A stretch of DNA of 52,033 nucleotides from Bryobacter sp. (lineage in GTDB: Bacteria > Acidobacteriota > Terriglobia > Bryobacterales > Bryobacteraceae), in assembly GCA_025356215.1 (NCBI GenBank), contig JANXUM010000262.1:1-52033 (forward strand), read 5' to 3'. Under the pieces are notes generated by a model. That model was not told the origin of the DNA. It made no database searches and saw only the letters and a list, made by a program, of their open reading frames with translations. Each line of letters begins with the position of its first letter. Positions within the stretch are counted from its first letter, which is position 1. The position numbers and the translations under genes were made by a program. Shown in pieces: positions 19,664-28,751 of the stretch.

Positions 19664-20569
19664 ATGAGCGTTGAGAAAATTGCCTACGGCGGCTGGCCGA
19701 ACTGCTATCGAGTCAGCAATGGTGAAGTGGAACTGATTGTGACCTCGGATGTAGGCCCGCGAGTCATTCGCTATGGGTTTATCGGAGGGCAGAACCTATT
19801 CAAAGAGTTTGCCGACCAGATGGGCAAGTCGGGCGAAAAGACCTGGCAGATTCGCGGAGGACATCGCGTGTGGGTTGGCCCCGAGGACGTGAAGTACACC
19901 TACGGCCTGGATAACGGGCCGGTGAAAGTGGAGGCCAGCGGGACGACGCTGCGGGCGGTACAGCCGACCGAGCCCGAGAGTGGGTTGCAGAAGTCTTTGG
20001 AAATTCACCTTGCGCCGACGGGGACGAGGGTGGGCGTGGTGCATCGTATCGTCAATCGTAATGTGCTGCCCGTGGAATTTGCACCTTGGGCACCGAGCGT
20101 GATGGCGCCGGGCGGCATTGGCATCACGGGCTACCCGCCGCGCGGCACGCATCCCGAGATGCTGGCGCCGACCAACCCGCTGGTGATGTGGGGCTACACG
20201 GACCTGAGCGACCCACGCTGGATTTTCATGAAGAAGTACTTGGGCCTGCGGCAAGACCCCAACGCCAGGACGCCGCAGAAGATTGGGTTATTCAACCCGC
20301 ACACCTTTGGCGCGTATCTGTTGAAGAACGAGATGTTCCTGAAGCAGTACCGAGCAGAAGTGGACAAGATGTACCCCGAGTATTTCTGTAGCTTTCAGAC
20401 TTTTACCAACGCGGACTTTTTGGAGTTGGAGACCTTTGGGCCCTTTGCCAAACTGCTGCCGGATCAAGGCACCGAGTTGATCGAGAACTGGAGCCTGCAT
20501 AAAGACGTGCATATCCAGCATTGGACCGACGCCGAGGTGGACGCTGTGTTGTTGCCGCTGTTGAAATAG
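19664..20569 (+). CDS. Hypothetical protein (DUF4380 / galactose-mutarotase-like fold)
   Basis: YGGWPNCY, DVGPRVIRYG, GGHRVWVGPE, LELETFGP; host-like codon usage. Confidence 0.7.
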   Translation: MSVEKIAYGGWPNCYRVSNGEVELIVTSDVGPRVIRYGFIGGQNLFKEFADQMGKSGEKTWQIRGGHRVWVGPEDVKYTYGLDNGPVKVEASGTTLRAVQPTEPESGLQKSLEIHLAPTGTRVGVVHRIVNRNVLPVEFAPWAPSVMAPGGIGITGYPPRGTHPEMLAPTNPLVMWGYTDLSDPRWIFMKKYLGLRQDPNARTPQKIGLFNPHTFGAYLLKNEMFLKQYRAEVDKMYPEYFCSFQTFTNADFLELETFGPFAKLLPDQGTELIENWSLHKDVHIQHWTDAEVDAVLLPLLK

Positions 20570-20638
20570 CGGGCGCGATTATCCATAACGGGGAAACGAT
20601 TCTTCGGTTGGGCGATCCAACAAAGTCACGGGAAATTC

Positions 20639-21191
20639 TTGCCGCTCCAATCGAGACCAAACGCGAAAATTCGTGAGCTTGCTGTTCGTCCGATCGCCCA
20701 CGAGGCAGCGTGCAACGCGGGCCTGGAGGCGGAGGTTCCCCCCGGCGGTTCGCGTTGCAGAGAAACTGCGCCGCCGTATCACCACGCTCGCGGGTTCCTG
20801 TGGATCCAGATCGATTCTCTGCCGGGCATTGGACTTGGCAAAGGGCTAAGCCGACGGTCTGGAGGGCGTGGCGGTCAGCGAAGTCATCGCGCAGTTCCTG
20901 GGCCTGCTTGCCACTCTAATTGGCGAGCGACGGTGGAGATGGAAGAATCGTTCTCATTCTTGACCGATGACATCATCCGGGTGGGCTATGCGGAGAAGGA
21001 AGGCAAGCTCACCAAGGTATCGATGGTGTTGAGGATGCGCTGGTGGGCCACAGCAAGGATGTCCGCGAGTGTCAGAATACCGACCGGGCATCGCGATTGC
21101 CGACGCGTCCGCAGAATACAATCATCTGATGACGGGCATCCCCACGCTGGTCAAGCCATATGCTTACAGAGAAAAAGCGATTGAGGAATAG
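20639..21191 (+). pseudogene. Fused remnants of a small hypothetical gene and a KaiC-like (RecA-superfamily) ATPase
   Basis: Across frameshifts: KIRELAVRPIAHE..PAVRVAEKLRRRITTLAG..RSILCRALDLAKG*..IAQFLGLLATLIGE, then TVEMEESFSFLTDDIIRVGY..GKLTKVSMVLRMR/HSKDVREC/GIAI..EYNHLMTGIP. Confidence 0.7.
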
Positions 21192-21200
21192 ATTGGCCGT

Positions 21201-23198
21201 GTGAACGAGAATGAGAAAGGGATGGACGCGGAACTGATGGACTTTGACATGGATGGACTTTGCCGGGCCATTGCTGAATCTTCGCCGATGCCCATGGTTG
21301 CGCTGGAGATCGGCACTCACAAGGTGAAGTACGCGAATCCGGCGTTCTGCGCGTTGCTGGGTAAAGGCAGAAACGAGTTGGTGGGGCATACTTTTCCAGG
21401 TGCCGCGCAAGGACAAGACGCATGCCTGGCACTGCTTGATCGGGTCTCGAAAACCGGCAAAGTCGAGATCCACACGGGCCTGGAGGATTCTCCGGCGCAT
21501 CCCTTCTATTGGTCCTATGCGGTGTGGCCGATCTTCGCTGCCGACGGGGCTATAGGCGGAGTGATGATTCAGGCGATCGAGACTTCTCCGTTCCATCGTC
21601 AAGTGACAGCAATGAACCGGGAATTGATCCTCAGCGCAACGGTTCAACACCCGCTCATGGACGACGCCGATGCTTTTAACCGCAAATTGCAAGCGGAGGT
21701 CGCCGAACGGCAGCGAGTGTATGCGGCGTTGGAGGAAAGCGAAGAACGCTTCCGACTGCTCTACAACGCATTGCCTGTAGGCGCGTTTGTATGCGACCGC
21801 GAGGGCTTGATCCAAAATTACAATCTGCGCGCGGTCGAGCTTTGGGGGAGAGAGCCCAAGCTTGGCATTGACCGTTTCAGTGGCGCGCTGGCGTTATTTC
21901 TGATGGATGGAACCAAGTTGGCCAACACCGATAATCCGATGAATAAAGTATTGCGGACCGGTGCCCCGGAGCGGAATATCGAGATGCTCAAAGAGCGGCC
22001 TGACGGATCGCGCCTCCCGGTGATTGTCAGCTATGTCGCGCTCAAGAATTCCGACGGCGCGGTCTCGGGAGTGATCATCACTTTTGACGATATCAGCGAC
22101 CGATTGCGCGCCGAGAAGGAAGCCCGGGACATCGGGCAAAAATACAATCTGCTCGCCGAATCGATGTCTCAGAAGATTTTTACTACCAAGGCGAATGGGG
22201 AACTCGATTATGTGAATAGACAATGGTTCAACTATTCGGGGAAAGTGTACGAAGATTTCGAAGGTTGGGGTTGGAAGCAGCTGATTCATCCGGAAGATAT
22301 TGGTTTTACGATGCGGGAATGGTTGCTCAGCATCGAAACGGGGGCACCGTTTGAGGTGGTGCATCGTTTCCGGCGATGGGATGGCCAATTTCGTTGGCAC
22401 CTTACCCGCGCGCAGGCGCTTCGGAATGGCTCTGGAAAGATTTCGATGTGGCTCGGTTCCAATACCGATATCCAGGACCAGAAGGAGTTGGAGGCGGAAC
22501 TGCGTTGGGCGAACGACGATTTACGCCAATTTGCCTTCGCGGCCAGCCACGACCTGCTGGAGCCGCTGCGGACCCTCAGCAACTATTCGCAGCTTCTGGT
22601 GAGAGGCATTCCGGGCCCGCTGTCCAGCGAGGCGGAAACCTGTATCAATTTCATCACGGAGAGCGCCGCGCGGATGCGGACCTTGCTCACCGACTTACTC
22701 GCCTATACGGAAGCCGGGGCGGACCGGGGAGCCGAGGCGGAGCTGATCGATCTGAATAGGGTGTTCCAGTCTGTCAAGGGAGACTTGGCGCTGGTAATTA
22801 GTGAAAATGAGGCGGTTGTGACCAGTGGCGTGTTGCCCACCATCTGTGGCCACGAGGCGCGGCTGGTGCAACTGTTTCAGAATTTGATCGGCAACGCGAT
22901 CAAGTATCGGGGAGAGAGAGCGCCGGTCATCCATATTGAGGCCGCGCGGCAAGGCCGGGATTGGCTCTTCACTGTGACAGACAACGGCTTGGGAATCGAC
23001 GCCCAGCACTTTGAGAAAATTTTTGGAGTATTCACGCGGCTGCACGGCAAAGCGATTCCTGGTACGGGCATCGGTCTGGCAATTTGCCAGCGGATCGTCG
23101 AGCGCTACGGCGGAAAGATCTGGGTCGAGTCCCAAGTTGGACAGCGGACAATTTTCTACTTCACGTTGCCGATTGAGGAGGAATCCATCGATGGATAG
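21201..23198 (+). CDS. Multi-PAS sensor histidine kinase
   Basis: Three PAS-like regions, H-box FAFAASHDLLEPLR, QLFQNLIGNAIKY, DNGLGI, GTGIGLAIC. Confidence 0.93.
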   Translation: MNENEKGMDAELMDFDMDGLCRAIAESSPMPMVALEIGTHKVKYANPAFCALLGKGRNELVGHTFPGAAQGQDACLALLDRVSKTGKVEIHTGLEDSPAHPFYWSYAVWPIFAADGAIGGVMIQAIETSPFHRQVTAMNRELILSATVQHPLMDDADAFNRKLQAEVAERQRVYAALEESEERFRLLYNALPVGAFVCDREGLIQNYNLRAVELWGREPKLGIDRFSGALALFLMDGTKLANTDNPMNKVLRTGAPERNIEMLKERPDGSRLPVIVSYVALKNSDGAVSGVIITFDDISDRLRAEKEARDIGQKYNLLAESMSQKIFTTKANGELDYVNRQWFNYSGKVYEDFEGWGWKQLIHPEDIGFTMREWLLSIETGAPFEVVHRFRRWDGQFRWHLTRAQALRNGSGKISMWLGSNTDIQDQKELEAELRWANDDLRQFAFAASHDLLEPLRTLSNYSQLLVRGIPGPLSSEAETCINFITESAARMRTLLTDLLAYTEAGADRGAEAELIDLNRVFQSVKGDLALVISENEAVVTSGVLPTICGHEARLVQLFQNLIGNAIKYRGERAPVIHIEAARQGRDWLFTVTDNGLGIDAQHFEKIFGVFTRLHGKAIPGTGIGLAICQRIVERYGGKIWVESQVGQRTIFYFTLPIEEESIDG

Positions 23199-23643
23199 CA
23201 GTTCAGGTGGGCAACCTTATCGCATCCTGCTTTTAGAAGACAGCGCCGCCGACACGTATTTATTTCGGCAGGCGTTGAAAAATACCGGGCTCAAACACGA
23301 TCTCACGGTGATTGACGATGGGGAGAAGGGTCTGGATTTCGCCAAGCGGCAGGGGGACTACGCGGCAATTGCCGTTCCCGACCTTGCGGTGCTGGATCTC
23401 AACTTGCCGAAGGCTGGCGGTGCCGCCGTGCTGGCGGCGATGCGGCAGCATCCAGAGCTGGTGGGAGTGCCGGTGATCATCTTAAGCTCATCGGACGCCC
23501 CGTCCGACAAAGAACGCACCCAGGAACTGGGCGCCGCCCGATACATCACCAAGCCAATGAATCTGGCCGACTATCTGCGTATTGGCGACCAAGTAAAGGA
23601 GCTGTTGCTGGAATCGAGAGCGGCCTTGGAACGCGGGGCGTAA
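23191..23643 (+). CDS. Single-domain response regulator (Rcp1/CheY-like)
   Basis: ILLLEDS, PDLAVLDLNLPK, VPVIILSSS, YITKP; GAGGAGG RBS before ATG 23191. Confidence 0.92.
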   Translation: MDSSSGGQPYRILLLEDSAADTYLFRQALKNTGLKHDLTVIDDGEKGLDFAKRQGDYAAIAVPDLAVLDLNLPKAGGAAVLAAMRQHPELVGVPVIILSSSDAPSDKERTQELGAARYITKPMNLADYLRIGDQVKELLLESRAALERGA

Positions 23644-23660
23644 GCGCCGAAATTCATGGT

Positions 23661-24542
23661 TTAAGTTTTGAAAATCACCCGATTGGCGTTGGTCCAGGCG
23701 ATCTTGCGAAAGACGGCGGGCGAGGCGAGAGCCTTCAGGACGACCAGCGTTTCCCGCCCGGTACATTTGCCTTTAAGGATGGGCAGCAGGGGCGAGCCGC
23801 CCGCGCCGTGGCCGTCGAAACAGCCGCAATCGCTGCCGAACATCAATTTGTTCTGATGCCGCTCGAGAAAGCTGCGGGCAAAGTCGGGATCGCGGGTGAA
23901 GGCGTTGTGGCCGGAGTTGGCCGACATGTCGGCGAATAGGTTTGGGTAATCGGCGAGGAAGCGATCGGTGAGGCCGCCGGGCTTGATCTTGCCGGGCGGG
24001 TAACTGGTGTCCATCGGAACATCGGCGCTGATGTTGGCCCAAAAGAAATCGGCATGGCCCAGGAAAGTGGTCTTGGCGTGGGCCTTGAGCATTTTGTCGA
24101 AAGTGCGCCAGCCGGTGTTGAAGTCGCCGCTGCCGGGCGGCACCTCCTGGAAGTGAATGGTGATGGGCACCTCCATTTCGGCGCAGAGATCGTAGACGCG
24201 GCGCATGTCGGCCGACTCGGCGGCGACGTGATTCTTCATTTCGCCGACGCCACGCGCGCCGCCCTCGATCGCTTTGCGAAGCTTGTCGACGGCATTGGGC
24301 TCGGTTGGGTCGGTGGCCGCAAACCAGATGAAGTTTTTGGGATGGGCGGCGATTTCAGACTTGGCCCGTACCTCATCCAGCAGGTTGGTGAGCAGGACGC
24401 CTTTGGTCACGCCGGCACCCGCGAGGTGTTCCATGCTGGAATGCGCGTCGCGCCGGGGGTGCATATGGATGTCCACCACGTCGTTGCCCCAGGGGCTGGC
24501 GGCGGCGGCCAAGGCGGAAGCCAGAAACTCTCGTCGTTGCAT
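23661..24542 (-). CDS. Amidohydrolase-2 family protein with Tat-like signal
   Basis: MQRREFLASALAAAA, DIHMH, GVGEMK, ITIHF, FLGHA, LMFGSD. Confidence 0.85.
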   Translation of the reverse strand: MQRREFLASALAAAASPWGNDVVDIHMHPRRDAHSSMEHLAGAGVTKGVLLTNLLDEVRAKSEIAAHPKNFIWFAATDPTEPNAVDKLRKAIEGGARGVGEMKNHVAAESADMRRVYDLCAEMEVPITIHFQEVPPGSGDFNTGWRTFDKMLKAHAKTTFLGHADFFWANISADVPMDTSYPPGKIKPGGLTDRFLADYPNLFADMSANSGHNAFTRDPDFARSFLERHQNKLMFGSDCGCFDGHGAGGSPLLPILKGKCTGRETLVVLKALASPAVFRKIAWTNANRVIFKT

Positions 24543-24598
24543 AGAGGACCTACTTTGGGAGGCGATTTCCTCTGAGAGCGTATCATCAAAGAGTAACG

Positions 24599-26752
24599 AT
24601 GTCCCAGTTTGAGTATCTTAGCCGCAGCGGTATTTCTGTATCGCGAACCACATCCAAGTTGCCTTATGCGAAGGGTTTGGTGAAGTGGCTACGCGAGTTG
24701 GACAAGAAGCGCGGGGTTTTCCTGTCGTCGGGATACGAGTATCCCGGGCGCTATTCACGTTGGGATTTTGCCAGTGTCGCCCCGCCCCTGGAAGTGATTG
24801 CGCGCGGGCGGGATATGGAATTCCGGGCCCTGAATGCGCGCGGAGAGACGCTGCTGCGGATGCTGGAAGGCGTGCTGCGCCACCACCCGCATTGGGACGC
24901 GTTCACCAGCGAGCCCACGATCTTGCGCGGCTTGTTGAAGCCGCTGCCGGCACTGTTTAGCGAAGAAGACCGGTCCAAGCAACCGTCCGCGTTCTCGATT
25001 TTGCGCGAGCTGATGCATGAGTTCGCCAACGGGCAAGTGAAGGACCTGATGTTTATCGGGGCCTTTGGCTACGATCTGCTCTTCCAATTCGACCCGATCG
25101 AGCTCAAGCTGCCACGCGACGGGGTCAAGGACATGCAATTGTTCTTGTGCGACGAGATCTACTTGATGGATCGCAAGAAGGAAACGATCGAGCGCGTGAG
25201 CTTTGACTTTGCCAAGGGCGAGTTGAGCACGGCCGGGACCAAGCGCGAGGCCGGACCGGTGGACAAGCCCACGAGGCGCAAGCCGCAGCCGATCGCCGCC
25301 GACCATGTGCCGCAAGAGTACATGGCCAAAGTGGAGACCTGCCGCGCGGGCATGAAGGTGGGCGATTACTACGAAGTTGTGTTGCGGCAGACCTTTTCGA
25401 CAACCTTTGCCGGCAAGCCGTCTGAGCTGTTTGAGCGCATACAGGTGGCCAGCCCCAGCCCTTATGAGTTTTTGATTCAGTTCGGAGACGAGCAGTTGAT
25501 TGGCGCGTCGCCCGAGATGTTTGTGCGCGTCGAGGGCGATCGCGTGGAGACCTGCCCGATCTCCGGCACCGCCAAGCGCACCGGCGACCCGCTGGTGGAC
25601 GCCGAGAACATCAAGCAACTGTTGAATTCGGCGAAGGAAGAATCGGAACTGACCATGTGCACGGACGTGGACCGCAATGACAAGTCGCGCGTCTGCCTGC
25701 CGGGCACGGTTGAGGTGATTGGGCGGCGCTTGATCGAGAGCTACGCGGGGGTTTTTCACACGGTCGATCACGTGATTGGTACGATCGACCCGCGCTTTGA
25801 TTCGCTCGACGCCTTTTTGTCGCACATGTGGGCGGTGACGGTAATTGGCGCGCCGAAGAAGGCGGCGGCGCAGGCCGTCGAAAATCTGGAGAAGACCGCA
25901 CGCGGCTGGTACGGCGGGGCGATCGGCATGATCAGCCTATCGTCGGGCGACATCAATACGGGCATCCTGATTCGCACCGTGCATCTGAAGGATGGCTGGG
26001 CCAAGTATCCAGCCGGGGCGACCCTGCTGTACGATAGCGAGCCGGCGGCCGAAGAGGCCGAAACGCGGCTGAAGGCCACCAGCTTCTTTCGTGCGCTGGC
26101 ACCGAAGAACGCGCCGCCGGCGACCAAGACGGCCGCGCACAAGTTCAGCGAGCCGGTGAAGATGATGCTGGTGGACAACGACGACTGCTTTATCCACACG
26201 CTGGCCAACTACGCGCGTCAGGCGGGGGCCGAGGTGGTGACCTACCGAAATGGCTTTGATCTATCGCTGATCGATGAGGTGAACCCGACGCTGGTGCTGA
26301 TCTCGCCGGGCCCAGGCCGACCGCACGATTTCAAGGTGCCCGAAACGGTGCAATATTGCGCTCAGCGGGGCATCCCGGTCTTTGGCGTTTGCCTGGGTCT
26401 GCAGGGGATTGTTGAGGCGTTTGGCGGCGTGTTGGACGTACTGGACTATCCGATGCACGGCAAGCAATCGGAAGTGTTGCACGAGGGCCAAGGTGTGTTT
26501 GAGGGGCTACCGAGCCCATTGAAGGTGGGGCGTTATCACTCGCTTTACGCGCGGCGCGCCACTTTGCCGCCGGAATTGGAAGTGACGGCCGAAACGGCCG
26601 ATGGCGTCATCATGGGCGTGCGGCATCGCGAGCTGCCGATCGAAGCCGTGCAATTTCATCCGGAGAGCATGCTGACGCTGGAAGGCAAGGCGGGATTGAA
26701 GCTGATCGAGAACGCGATCCGGCAGTTGACGCGCCGGGCCGTAGGGGTTTAA
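24599..26752 (+). CDS. trpE: Anthranilate synthase, fused components I and II (TrpE-TrpG)
   Basis: SSGYEYPGRYSRWD, GASPEMFVRV, ESELTMCTDVDRNDK, WYGGAIG; GATase ISPGPGRP, GVCLGLQ, VQFHPES. Confidence 0.93.
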   Translation: MSQFEYLSRSGISVSRTTSKLPYAKGLVKWLRELDKKRGVFLSSGYEYPGRYSRWDFASVAPPLEVIARGRDMEFRALNARGETLLRMLEGVLRHHPHWDAFTSEPTILRGLLKPLPALFSEEDRSKQPSAFSILRELMHEFANGQVKDLMFIGAFGYDLLFQFDPIELKLPRDGVKDMQLFLCDEIYLMDRKKETIERVSFDFAKGELSTAGTKREAGPVDKPTRRKPQPIAADHVPQEYMAKVETCRAGMKVGDYYEVVLRQTFSTTFAGKPSELFERIQVASPSPYEFLIQFGDEQLIGASPEMFVRVEGDRVETCPISGTAKRTGDPLVDAENIKQLLNSAKEESELTMCTDVDRNDKSRVCLPGTVEVIGRRLIESYAGVFHTVDHVIGTIDPRFDSLDAFLSHMWAVTVIGAPKKAAAQAVENLEKTARGWYGGAIGMISLSSGDINTGILIRTVHLKDGWAKYPAGATLLYDSEPAAEEAETRLKATSFFRALAPKNAPPATKTAAHKFSEPVKMMLVDNDDCFIHTLANYARQAGAEVVTYRNGFDLSLIDEVNPTLVLISPGPGRPHDFKVPETVQYCAQRGIPVFGVCLGLQGIVEAFGGVLDVLDYPMHGKQSEVLHEGQGVFEGLPSPLKVGRYHSLYARRATLPPELEVTAETADGVIMGVRHRELPIEAVQFHPESMLTLEGKAGLKLIENAIRQLTRRAVGV

Positions 26753-26847
26753 GCAGCGAAAGTACTAGGTAGTTATGGGTACTTTTGCAACGCTTGGAGC
26801 ATTGTTCACATCATTGAGGCAGAGCATACTTAAGTTGGACTACCAGT

Positions 26848-26964
26848 ATGGAATCGTTTCTTCAAGACATTGTCTTTTACGCGGTTGTGGGCTTGATCGC
26901 CTACTTCTTGCTCAACGATTCCGGCGGCGGGGGCAAGCGCAACCGCGCATTCTCGGCGGCGTAA
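26848..26964 (+). CDS. Putative 38-aa single-pass membrane microprotein (not in ORF track)
   Basis: MESFLQDIVFYAVVGLIAYFLLNDSGGGGKRNRAFSAA*: clean TM helix plus basic tail; fills the trpE-hpnE gap. Confidence 0.55.
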   Translation: MESFLQDIVFYAVVGLIAYFLLNDSGGGGKRNRAFSAA

Positions 26965-26989
26965 GTGTCGCCATCGAGGTTGTTGCTTG

Positions 26990-28288
26990 ATGGACGCCAT
27001 CGTAATCGGTGGCGGACTGGCAGGCTTGGCGAGCGCGGCTGCGCTGGGGAGCCAGGGCTTTCAAGTGGATCTATTTGAGGCCAAACCATTTCTTGGCGGA
27101 CGGGCGACCTCGTATAACGTGCCGTCGAGCGACGGCGAGAGTGAAGAGATCGACAACTGTCAGCACATTTTGCTTAAGTGTTGTTCCAACCTACTTGACT
27201 TCTACAAGCGCCTGGGTGTGCTGGATGGGATCGAGTTTCATCGCGAGTTCTATTTCATTGAGCCGGGCGGGCGTGTCTCTTCGTTGCGCAAAGGCATCTT
27301 TCCGGCGCCGATGCACTTTGCGGAGAGCTTTTTCCGCGCAACCTGGCTGAGCTTGAGCGACAAGATCGCGCTGGGCCGGGCGATGCTGGCCGTGCGGCGG
27401 GAGCGGCTGAAGCGCAATGACCTGGACGATATTACGATGCTGGAATGGCTGCAAGAAAAGAAGCAGCCTGCGCGGGTGATCGAGCGCTTTTGGCGTCAAG
27501 TGCTGGTGAGCGCGGTCAATGTGGAACTGGATCAGATGGCGGCGGCACATGGTTTTCAGGTGATTTGGCTGGGCTTTCTGGCGGGCGCGGACACTTACGA
27601 GATGGGGATCCCGAAAGTGCGGCTGGGCGAGCTGTATCGTGTGGCGATGGCCAACGTAACGCATCATGAGCGCGCCATAGTGGAAGAGTTCGATGCGCAA
27701 CGCGGTGTGCTGGTGGGCGGGGAATGGATTGCGGCCAAGGCATATGTAAGCGCGCTGCCGTCAGAGCGGCTGGCCAAGCTGGTACCGGAGTTGCCGATCG
27801 ACTTTAGCCTGTTTGAGCCCTCGCCCATCACGGGCATCCACTTGTGGTTTGACCGCGGGGTGACGGAGTTGCCGCACGGGACGCTGCTGGACCGCAACAT
27901 ACAGTGGTTCTTCAACAAGGGCGAGGGCCGCTACCTGATGCTGGTGGTGAGCGCGTCGGACGGGATGCTGCGGATGCAGCGGCAGGAGATCATCGATCTG
28001 GCTTTGAGCGAACTGCGCGAGTTTTTGCCGGGCGCGCGCGAGGCGGTTCTGCTGAAGGCGCACGTCGTCAAAGAGGCGCGGGCCACATTTCGCGCCAAGC
28101 CGGGCCTGGAACTAAAGCGCCCACTAGCGCGGACGACGATCCCGAATCTGTTTTTGGCCGGGGATTGGACCCGCAACGGTTGGCCCGCGACGATGGAGGG
28201 AGCGGTGCGCAGCGGGTATCTGGCGGCGGAGGCGGCCAGCGCGTATTTGGGTAAAGCGGCTAGATTCCTGTTGCCCGATGTGGCCTAA
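26990..28288 (+). CDS. hpnE: Hydroxysqualene dehydroxylase (squalene-associated FAD-dependent oxidoreductase)
   Basis: IGGGLAGL, LGGRATS, IDNCQHILL, PITGIHLWFDR, LFLAGDWT..WPATMEGAVRSG. Confidence 0.85.
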   Translation: MDAIVIGGGLAGLASAAALGSQGFQVDLFEAKPFLGGRATSYNVPSSDGESEEIDNCQHILLKCCSNLLDFYKRLGVLDGIEFHREFYFIEPGGRVSSLRKGIFPAPMHFAESFFRATWLSLSDKIALGRAMLAVRRERLKRNDLDDITMLEWLQEKKQPARVIERFWRQVLVSAVNVELDQMAAAHGFQVIWLGFLAGADTYEMGIPKVRLGELYRVAMANVTHHERAIVEEFDAQRGVLVGGEWIAAKAYVSALPSERLAKLVPELPIDFSLFEPSPITGIHLWFDRGVTELPHGTLLDRNIQWFFNKGEGRYLMLVVSASDGMLRMQRQEIIDLALSELREFLPGAREAVLLKAHVVKEARATFRAKPGLELKRPLARTTIPNLFLAGDWTRNGWPATMEGAVRSGYLAAEAASAYLGKAARFLLPDVA

Positions 28289-28298
28289 ACTAGGGAGT

Positions 28299-28751
28299 AT
28301 GAAGACCCGCCGAGAAGCCCTGTTGGGCAGCGCCGCATTGGGATCCTTGTTGGCCAGCCCGCTGCTCGCGGCTACCCCGATGACGACTCTGCGCATTGAA
28401 GTCACCAACGACATCGGCAAGCCGATTGACCGGGCGGCGGTGATCGTGCGATTCGTGCGGGGTCGCAATGTTGCCAAGCTGGGTAAGAAAATGATCACCA
28501 ACTGGGAGATGCGTACCAATAGCGAAGGCTGGGTGAAGATTCCGCCGATCCCGCAAGGGGACATTCTGGTGCAGGTGATCGCGCGCGGATACCAGACCTT
28601 TGGCCAGACCTATCCAGTGGGCGAGGAAGAGCGCACGATCCAAGTAAAGGTGAATGTGCCGCAGAAGCAATTCAGCTCCCACGGCGACATGATCACCGAG
28701 CCTGCCAAAAAAGAAGAGCCTGCCAAAAAAGAAGAGCCGAAAAAGCCTTAG
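28299..28751 (+). CDS. Exported carboxypeptidase-regulatory-like (beta-sandwich) protein
   Basis: RR signal MKTRREALLG, GKPIDRAAV, RTNSEG, VIARGYQTFG; GGGAG RBS. Confidence 0.7.
   Translation: MKTRREALLGSAALGSLLASPLLAATPMTTLRIEVTNDIGKPIDRAAVIVRFVRGRNVAKLGKKMITNWEMRTNSEGWVKIPPIPQGDILVQVIARGYQTFGQTYPVGEEERTIQVKVNVPQKQFSSHGDMITEPAKKEEPAKKEEPKKP
28698..28739 (+). repeat. 18-bp coding tandem repeat (EPAKKE x2.3)
   Basis: gagcctgccaaaaaagaa twice followed by gagccg. Confidence 0.8.

Noticed and set aside
20639-21184. 181-aa ORF taken as an intact gene
   Set aside because: It stitches together parts of two degraded genes whose similarity jumps between frames.
28698-28739. 18-bp tandem repeat as CRISPR-like or phase-variable element
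   Set aside because: Only about two in-frame copies encoding a low-complexity tail, with no spacers.
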